DNA of 64,000 nucleotides from the human T2T-CHM13v2.0 reference genome, Homo sapiens. The translations under genes were made by a program, and so were the position numbers. Shown piece by piece: positions 55,701-64,000 of this stretch; positions within the stretch are counted from its first letter, which is position 1, and every line of letters begins with the position of its first letter. Under the pieces are notes generated by a model. That model was not told the DNA's origin. It did no database searches and worked only from the letters and a program-made list of their open reading frames with translations. The stretch is taken from assembly GCF_009914755.1 (NCBI RefSeq), contig NC_060940.1. One strand, written 5' to 3'.

Positions 55701-58700
55701 ATAGTGCAAGGCTCTGTATTCACAGCCACTTTTCTCTCCAGAATTAAATAGACAGTCATAATGCAAATTATGAGAGTCATCATTTTTATTGACGAAATCC
55801 ATAATGATGACAGTGTGTGGATGACACTGAATAATGAGAACATGAAGTACCACATTTCACTGATGATGAAAACACTTTTTCCACATTTTAACATCTCTGA
55901 AATCAGGATACATTCTACAACTGAGAGAGTATCATAGTTTAATGGGCTGCACAGTTTTCTGTCTTAGTGGGACCTCTTATCTTGGGTTCGGTGACATATG
56001 GTATGTCCCTTGCATAAAAAGTTACACTCAAGTTTGGAGGCCCTTTTAGTCATCGTGTTGGAAAGAGCCTTCTGATTGCCACAGGTTGCAATACGGAAAA
56101 AAACACAGTGTCCCAAACAAGAAAAAAAGGTTTCTCTATAAACATATAAGCTTGAATATGCACAGAATATCTTTGGAAGGAAGTTCACAAAACTGGTAAC
56201 TAACTCTAGTTATGTCTGGGAGATGTCTGAAGGGAACTACTTTACCTATTTACCCTTTTGCTCCTTTTGAATTTTGTACCATGAGCATGTTTTACCTACC
56301 AAAGAATGAATACAATTTTAAAATACCTGAAATAACTAAGTAGATTAATGTATGAAAACATTTACAAGGAAGCCTAAGAATCCGGGCATTACATGAGATT
56401 TGAAGATGACTTTGAATTGGCAGACTGTGATGTAAGAATTTCCTTTTATTCCAATTGTTACCAAAAACAACACTAACCTCTCTTAAGGTCTGCACATTTT
56501 CTTTGGATTGGTTATAACCTCTCTAAACAAGGGTCAAGTTGGGAAAGTTGATGAATGGAAAATACACACACACATAAACACACATCTATTATTTTTTAAT
56601 TATTTTGAATTGTGTCGTGAAGTATCATTATCTATTTAGTGTCCCAAAAGATGTGATAAAGCCATTGATCAAAACAGACTCAAAGATCCACAGAAAAGAG
56701 TGACTGTTATAGCAACAAGCCAATGTAGCCTATATCTACTGATAACGTTCTTTCTACAGCCATTTCTACCCCACAACCCTGAACAGCTGATGTCTCTTGT
56801 GGGCAAGGTTGAGGCAGTTCCCTGGGAGAAGTATAGAGTTAGGAGGAGACAAAGAAGTTGGATTCACAAAATCAGTGGTCAAAAAAAGCTCTTAAATATT
56901 ACTGCAGAATCTCCACTGTGTGCATTTCAAGTAACCCCAAGAATCTCAAAGGGGCCATAGTTGCAGCAGGCTGGGGAGCGGTCAGGGATGGAATGAGTTG
57001 GAAATCATTTTATATATCTTGTAGAAGCACTGTGAATAGTTTCATCTTGCCATTTGGGCTTGCAACGGCTTTGCCCTATACTAACATTCCAAAAATGTTG
57101 AAAATTCTGGACATTCTCCAAGGTTCCCTGGACAGGTTTATGGAGGCTTCCTTGAAGACATCTGTGTCCTCTCTTTATACGCAGTAGGAAGCTGCAGTTT
57201 TTAAGTCCCCTTGCCCTGGGGACATCATCACTATGCCAAGATGGAGAAATGCCTGAGCAAGAGGAAATGAAGTATCTTGGATGTGCCTCTTCTCAAGTGC
57301 TTTCTCAATAAACTCAAGTAAAGCAGTTGTCACCACAAAGGAAGCTGCCCATAGGTGCTCTAAAGATAAAGTAATGCAGTGATGCAACTGTCAGGATGTT
57401 AGAAGAAGCTCTTCTAACAGATCACAGACCCAGTGATTGCCTTTAACCAGAACTATTGCAATGGCTCCCAACTCATTTTCTGCCTTCAATCTCCTTCCTC
57501 CAATCTCATCTCCACTCAGAAGCCAGGATGAGCTTTCTAAAATATAAATTGTATTGTCTTTTTGCCCTCTTAAAACTCTGCAATGACTCCCCAACAGGAT
57601 TAAGTCTACTCCTCATGGCAAGACCCACAAGGCCTTTCAGAAATTATTCTGAATGGGAAACTGGCTTTGCTAACTAATCATTGCCAGGAATTAAGGTAAC
57701 AGATTAGAAAATCTATAAAAAGTTACAGTCAAGGAATTTAGTAATACCAAGACCCCATACTTCCTTTAGATACTTGGATGGGCATCTCATATCAGTTATC
57801 TTCTGATGGACTATATTAGGGAATCCCATCATGCAAAGCTCCGTATTTCAATAGAGTTACCCAGAGACTTTATTTGGCCAATATATAAATCTTGTTGCAT
57901 ATTCCTGGTTGGGGGCCGGGGAAAGGCAAGGAGATTTCAAGTTAGAACCACGGTAGCCACGCTACATGGAGTAGGACTTCGGGGTCGTAATCATCTTTGT
58001 GTCTGTACCATGAAGTTTTTGAGGAACACTTTCCATAGGCACGAGGTTGAGATAGTTAAGACAGATCCATGAGCCATGAGGACAACAACACTAAAGACTA
58101 ATGCATTGAGGGTGATGGAAGATTTGGAAACCAGACATGGTGTGGATCTAGAGTAGCTGTAATTAGAGGACATCTAGGTGGAAAGCAACTGGAGAGAAAC
58201 TCAGAATAGGGAAGCAGGTTTGGGAAGGCAGCTAAGGAGAAGCCTTTCTCCTAGGGAGTCAGCCTATTTGACAATTAAAGGCATGGGGCTTGAACTTACT
58301 CATTCAAGGGAGTTTACTGCATAAGCACCCACTATGTGAAAGACACCATGTTGGGCCCTGGGAGCACAGATATACCTGCTTAAGCTTAGGAATGCATTCT
58401 AGGAAATGCAGGTGTTGAATGGATCACTGCCACATACTATTACACATTCCCTCTAGAACTGGTTCCTAATTTTGTAACCTGCTGCTACGGTGTCTTCAAT
58501 TTAAAGCTAGAAGTCATAATGGACCTGCCACCACGATATGGTCCAATGACTGACAATCCTTGGTCCTCCCAGGCTATGATGCTGTTGATGCCCCTCCATT
58601 CAAAGGCTTCCCAGTGATCCCTGAGCACTGAGCTTCCTCCTCTGTTTCCTTCATCAATTCCATGAAGGTGCCCTGCGTCAAATCATCACAAAAGCCACAT

Positions 58701-60292
58701 TTATCTCCCAACCTTAACTTCTTCCTTGATACTTAGTTGTTTCTCCCAGCCATGCCTCTTGCTTACCTCTGTCCACCCTCAAGGGTGAGAACTTCTCAGA
58801 AGAACACAAAATAATGGCAGAAAAAGAGATTCCAATTAGATAAACAAAGTGAGATGAACCACAAAAGTGAGAAACATGGCAACCAAGAATAGATCATGCC
58901 CAAGCTACTGTATTTGCCAGTAAGCCACAAAGAAAATTCATATTGTCTCTACTCCATGTTACAATGAGTCTTTACATAAATTAAATTTTTTTCTGAGAAA
59001 AATAAAGTACAGTCTGAGTGACATCCTTAAAGAGTTTTACAAGTTTTCCCCTTCTCTATGCATCAGTTTCCTCATCTGTAAAATGAAGTTAATAATAACC
59101 ACGACATTGTCAAAAATTAATGAGCTAAATGATGCAAAGCACTTAGTTACGTGCCTGGCACTGAATGGGCACTCACTGAATGTGAGTGATTAATACCATC
59201 CCCATGTTTGATACTATAAGGCTCCAGTGATCTGGCTAGAGGGAAGGGAGGGAATTCTCAGAGGCAGCCCAGACCCCCAGGGAATGGCCCCCAGGCTCCA
59301 ACTAGAGCTCTGGTGTCTATTCTAGAAAAGCTCCGGGAAGTTTTGTGCATAGACCTTTTTTTCTCAGGGACCACATAGCAATAATCACTGGACTCTCGAC
59401 AGAGTACTCTGAAGCCATGGCACTGCTTTCAGACCACCCCTTCCATTTGCATTGCCTCTTCAAAAGAAACCTGCAGTCAGGGAGCTGCAAACAGCTCCTA
59501 CTTTCAGAGAATGTTTTGGTCCCTAACCAGCCTCCAACACAGCCTGTCCACATCCAAGGCTAGAGAGAGCAGGGCAAGGCAGGCACTTAGGAATCACAGA
59601 GACTCGGGTCTGCACTTAGTAGCTCAGGGGCCTCAAGCAAGTAATTACTCCTCACCCCAGGTGGCTCCATCCGCTGGACTAAGGGTCACCTTCCCAGCTT
59701 GTCCTCAGTAACCAGCCTTTTATGACATAGGCCAGTGACCTTGAGACTGTGGAACTCCCAGCTGTCACAGCTGGCCACAGGCCCAAGGCCACTGTGTGCA
59801 AACCTCCATCTCGTGGGTTGTTCATCAGCTCCTGAACCTAACTGCAAATGGTGACACATCCCCACCATCAATACATTTATAATTCACACTGTTTCAGAGC
59901 CCTTTAACGAACATGTTCTCATTTGTCTGTTCTCGTTTCTAACGGCAAAACACGATACGTAACCATCATGCACAGAATACTAACACAAGTGACTCCTTGC
60001 GTGAGTTTAGTTTGCAACACTGTCCAACACACAGCATTCAACAGACTAAGCACTTATTTTCAAGTTACTAATTTTTAATTTACGAAGCCCTTATGTGCAA
60101 CATGACAGTGAGCAAGAGAGGTACAAAGCTGAACCCCCAGTCTCTTGAATATGAGGGGAAGCTGGGAAGATATCAACAGGTAAACATGAACTTGTATACA
60201 ATGTTTGAAGGAGGAGACAGGACAGCAATGTGGCTGAACACTGGGACTGTGGACTCAGATGTCTGAGTTCAAAAAGTAATCTCAGAAAATAA

Positions 60293-60410
60293 GGCTGGGT
60301 ATAGTGGCTCACACCTGTCACCCCAGCACTTTAGGAGGCCAAAGTGGGAGGATCACTTGAGTCTAGGAGTTCAAGATGAGACTGGCCAACATAGTGAGAC
60401 GTCATCTCTA
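60293..60410 (+). mobile_element. FLAM / Alu left monomer
   Basis: GGCTGGGTATAGTGGCTCACACCTG...AACATAGTGAGACGTCATCTCTA, single monomer. Confidence 0.8.
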
Positions 60411-61298
60411 TTTTTTTAATCATCAAAAATTATTTTTAATGATCTATCAACTTACAGCCCAATTAGGGCTTCCTTCAATTATGTACGAACCACTTGACTT
60501 GGATAAGGACTTGTTACCCAGTCATTTGAACTGTTCACTTGCACATGGATTTATTATCTAATCATTGTTCACAACCTCAGTATTTCCATTTATCCTCTGT
60601 TGGAGCCCTGGAAATTTATATTACATGATGCATCGTATTCAGATTTGGGATGGCTGAGACTCTGCCTTTCTTTTGTTACGTGGGAGAAGGGCTCCTGTGG
60701 AAAGAGAAGACAAGGAAAGAGAATTTGCTTCATGCCCCCTTTGCAGGCAGATCAGTTTCAGGACAGCCTGTAGGAAAACTGAGGATCTTGAAATTGAGCC
60801 TCACAAATCTATCCATGCCCCCAGACCAAGTCTGCTTGTACCTACCAGTGTGTAAGTACCCCATGTAGACTGCTGTTCCACAGGATGTTGAACTCACAGA
60901 GATGTTAACACTTTTGCAGAGGATGGATTTGCTTGAGTTTCCTTTCTGGTATAGTGGCTTTTACTTAATGTGCTGCTCTGTGCTAAGTGCCTTACAGGTA
61001 AGGTCTCACCGAGTCCTTGGAACAACCTTAAAAGGGAGGAATCATTATCCCTATTTTGCAGATTCAGGGGTTAAGGGAAGTGGCAGCCAGCAAGTACCAA
61101 AGCTGGGGTTCAAACCCAGGGCTGTGAGAATTGCAGAGCGTGAGCTCTTCAGCCACTGTATTAAACTGTACCTTGCTCTAGGTACCGTGAGCATGGCTCT
61201 TCATACCAGCTGTTGCCTGGACTGTTGTTGCTGCTGTTGCTGCTGCTGCTAGTGGTGGTGGTTTTCTCTTTGTCTCTTTCTTGGCAAGTTTCTCCAAA

Positions 61299-61462
61299 GC
61301 ACTGGTTCTCAAACTTTGGTGTGCATCAGGATCAGGTGAAGGCTTTGTTAAGACACAGATGGCTGGGCTGCACATCCAGAGTTTCCGATTCAGTAGGTCT
61401 GGGGTAAGGCTGAGAATCTGCATTTCCAAGTCCCCAGGTCTGGGAACCACACTTTGAGAACC
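61299..61462. mobile_element. MER5A
   Basis: CTGGTTCTCAAACTT...GATTCAGTAGGTCTGGGG...GAATCTGCATTTC...CACACTTTGAGAACCA. Confidence 0.85.
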
Positions 61463-61525
61463 ATTTCTCTAAAGAATGCCCAGCCTCATGGGAGAGATTC
61501 TTTTTTCTAATGCATTTAGGGACTG

Positions 61526-62050
61526 GTTGTTGTTGTTGTTGTTGTTTTATACTTTAAGTTCTGGGTTACATGTGCAGAACGTGCAGGTTTGTTACATAGG
61601 TATACATGTGCCATGGTGGTTTGCTGCACCCATCAACCTGTCATCTACATTGGGCATTTCTCCTAAAGCTATCCCTCCCCTAGCCCCCAGCCCCCCGACA
61701 GGCCCCATGTGTGATGTTCCCCTCCCTGTGTCCATGTGTTCTCACTGTTCAACTCCCACTATGAGTGAGAACATGCAGTGTTTGGTTTTCTGTTTCTGTG
61801 TTAGTTTGCTGAGAATGATGGTTTCCAGCTTCATCCATGTCCCTGCAAAGGACATGAACCCATCCTTTTTTATGGCTGCATAGTATTCCATGGTGTATAT
61901 GTGCCACATTTTCTTTATCCAGTCTATCACTGGTGGGCATTCGGGTTGGTTACAAGTCTTTACTATTTTGAATAGTGCTGCAATAAACATACATGCGCAT
62001 CTGTCTTTATGGTAGAATGATTTATAATTCCTTGGGTATATACCCAGTAA
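61526..62050 (-). mobile_element. L1PA (about PA7/8) 3' end
   Basis: (TTG)n tail then TATACTTTAAGTTCTGGG; ORF2 C-terminus [19 protein letters not shown] on the minus strand. Confidence 0.92.
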
Positions 62051-62089
62051 TCCCATGTCTATTTTTTTTTTAAAAAAAGGAATTTTAGG

Positions 62090-63105
62090 AAACAAAAAGA
62101 AATGAGTACTAATGCTACATGCTACAACTAGGAGAATTAGAAAATATTATGCTAAGTGAAAAAAGCCAGACACAAGAGACTATACATTGTGCCAGTCTAT
62201 TCATATGAAATTCCAGAATAGGCAAATCCATAGGGATAGAAAGCAGATTTGCAGTTGCCAGGGCTAAGGTGGGGACACAAGAATAGGCGGGTGATAACTA
62301 AAGGGTATACCGTTTCTTTTTCAGGTGATAAAAATATGCTACAATTAACTGTGGTGATGTTGCACAACTCTGTAAATACACTAAAAATCACTGACTTGTA
62401 CACTTTCAATTGGTGAGTCATATGGTATGTGAACATATCTCAGTTAAGCTATTTTTTAAAGGTAACTTTGGGCAAATTATTTAACTTCGCCAAGCTTCAG
62501 TTTCCTCATCTATAAAATGGAGATGATGATAGTGGCAAATTTCTAATTCTTGTGAAAATTCATAGGAACAACTTTGTAAAAAAAGCGCTACATGCTTTGA
62601 CCACTATTGTCTTCAGCTGTAAAAGATCAGAGGAGTATTTCACAAGGTGAAAAAGGTGGAAGCAACCCGATTTTCCATCAATGGATGAATGGATAAACAA
62701 AACGTGGTATACACACACAATGGAGTATAGTCAGCCTTTAAAGGGAAGTAAATTCTGACATATACTTCAATATGGATGAACGCTGAGGACGTCACGCTGA
62801 ATGAAATAAGCCAATCATGAAAAGACTGTATGATTCCACTTATCTGAGGTCCCTAGAGTATTTTATTTCATAGAGACAGAAAGTGGAATCGTGGTTACCA
62901 AGGACTGGGGGAGAAGGGGAGAATGTGGGATTAGTGTTTAATGGGGACAGAGATTCAGTTTTGCAAGATGAAAAGAGTTCTGTGGGTGGACAGTGGTGAT
63001 TACTGCACATCAATGTAAATGTACTTAATACCTCGGAAATGCACACTTAAAAATGGTTAAGATGGTAAATTTTATGTTATATGTATTTTATCACAATCTA
63101 AAAAA
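62090..63105 (+). mobile_element. Two L1MB/L1MC 3' ends separated by a MIR (about 62460-62590)
   Basis: TATGCTAAGTGAAAAAAGCCAGACAC; GATGAATGGATAAACAAAACGTGG; CACTTAAAAATGGTTAAGATGGTAAATTTTATG. Confidence 0.8.
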
Positions 63106-64000
63106 GAATAGAATGGGGAGATGCAAGAGCTAAAGAAAGAAATGTCAGTGGGAAGGAGGGAGAAATTTGGAGGTGTCATAGGACAAAAGATCAGGAGCTA
63201 AGCCCCAGCGGGGCAGATTCACACAGCAGCCGGGCACCAGCAGTCCCAGGATAGCACCCAGCACACCAGAGAGACCCTAGCACTGCCTCCCAGGAGTGTG
63301 CTGGCATCCTGCTCTGCCATCCACACCGCCACCCACACCAGCCCATGGAACAAGACGCACCAGCTCAGAGCTCAGGTGTGGGAGGTGGGAGCCAGAATGA
63401 GTCATAGAAGCGCTGCTCTCAGAGAGACAGAGAGGTCACTGCCTTACTCCCTGCCAATCAGGGAAACTCCCCAAAAACAGAAGCCTCACACTGGGGACCT
63501 GCTGTCCACGGCAGGCCAATTACAGCCCAATTACCTGAAATGCTGATCTGGGCTATACCAACAAAGCAGCCCAAGTCTGTGGAGCACAAAGCTGAGTCAC
63601 GTACATTGATGCCCAGGATGAAACGACTTGGGGGCAATGTCACTGTCTTTGCTAGGGTCTTCCCCATGTGGCTGTGGAGGGTGGTGGGTGCCAGAGGAGG
63701 GGACGGGTGCAGAGAGAAATTACAGAAGACAGAAAAGCTACTTACAGGTCTCTAACTCAGAAAAAGAGGCTGACTAAATCGGGCAGGATTGACAACCACA
63801 TGGACAAGTTTGTCAGTTCAGTGTTCCTTGCTAACCTTGCTCTGTGGAATGAGCACGTCCAGGAAGATGCACCAAAAACCAGAGTGGATGAAACTTGCCA
63901 CTTGTTTTCCCCACTAAAACTTCCATCATGTAGCCCATGATCCTACTGAGATATATTCTCATTCTTTATTTTCACTTCTACGGTGGAGGAGGTTGTGAAG

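Noticed and set aside
55845-55985. Possible MER96-like DNA transposon fragment
   Set aside because: Too degraded to assign a family by eye.

Overview
Human/primate genomic DNA lying inside the CDYL2 gene (chromodomain Y-like 2), which is transcribed on the minus strand. The only host coding sequence is the 592-nt chromodomain/hinge exon (exon 2, 8790->8199). Positions 8791-64000 are the upstream intron 1 and 1-8198 are intron 2. The rest is transposon-derived (Alu, FAM/FLAM, L1PA/L1MA/L1M, L2, MIR, MaLR LTRs, MER1B/MER5/MER58) or simple repeats. I found no wholly new gene system. The most interesting structure is a set of candidate alternative entries into exon 2. (i) A 3'-truncated L1PA has an intact 5'UTR whose antisense promoter points along CDYL2; it retains ORF0 and has phase-0 donors in frame with the chromodomain exon. 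(ii) There are in-frame candidate cassette exons at 12415-12311 and 47484-47374. (iii) Back-splicing of exon 2 creates a stop codon at the junction, giving 60-aa and 147-aa ORFs. All spliced entries in (i) and (ii) would remove or displace the exon-1-encoded aromatic-cage tyrosine of the chromodomain. These are sequence-based inferences needing RNA evidence. Repeat family and subfamily calls are by eye.
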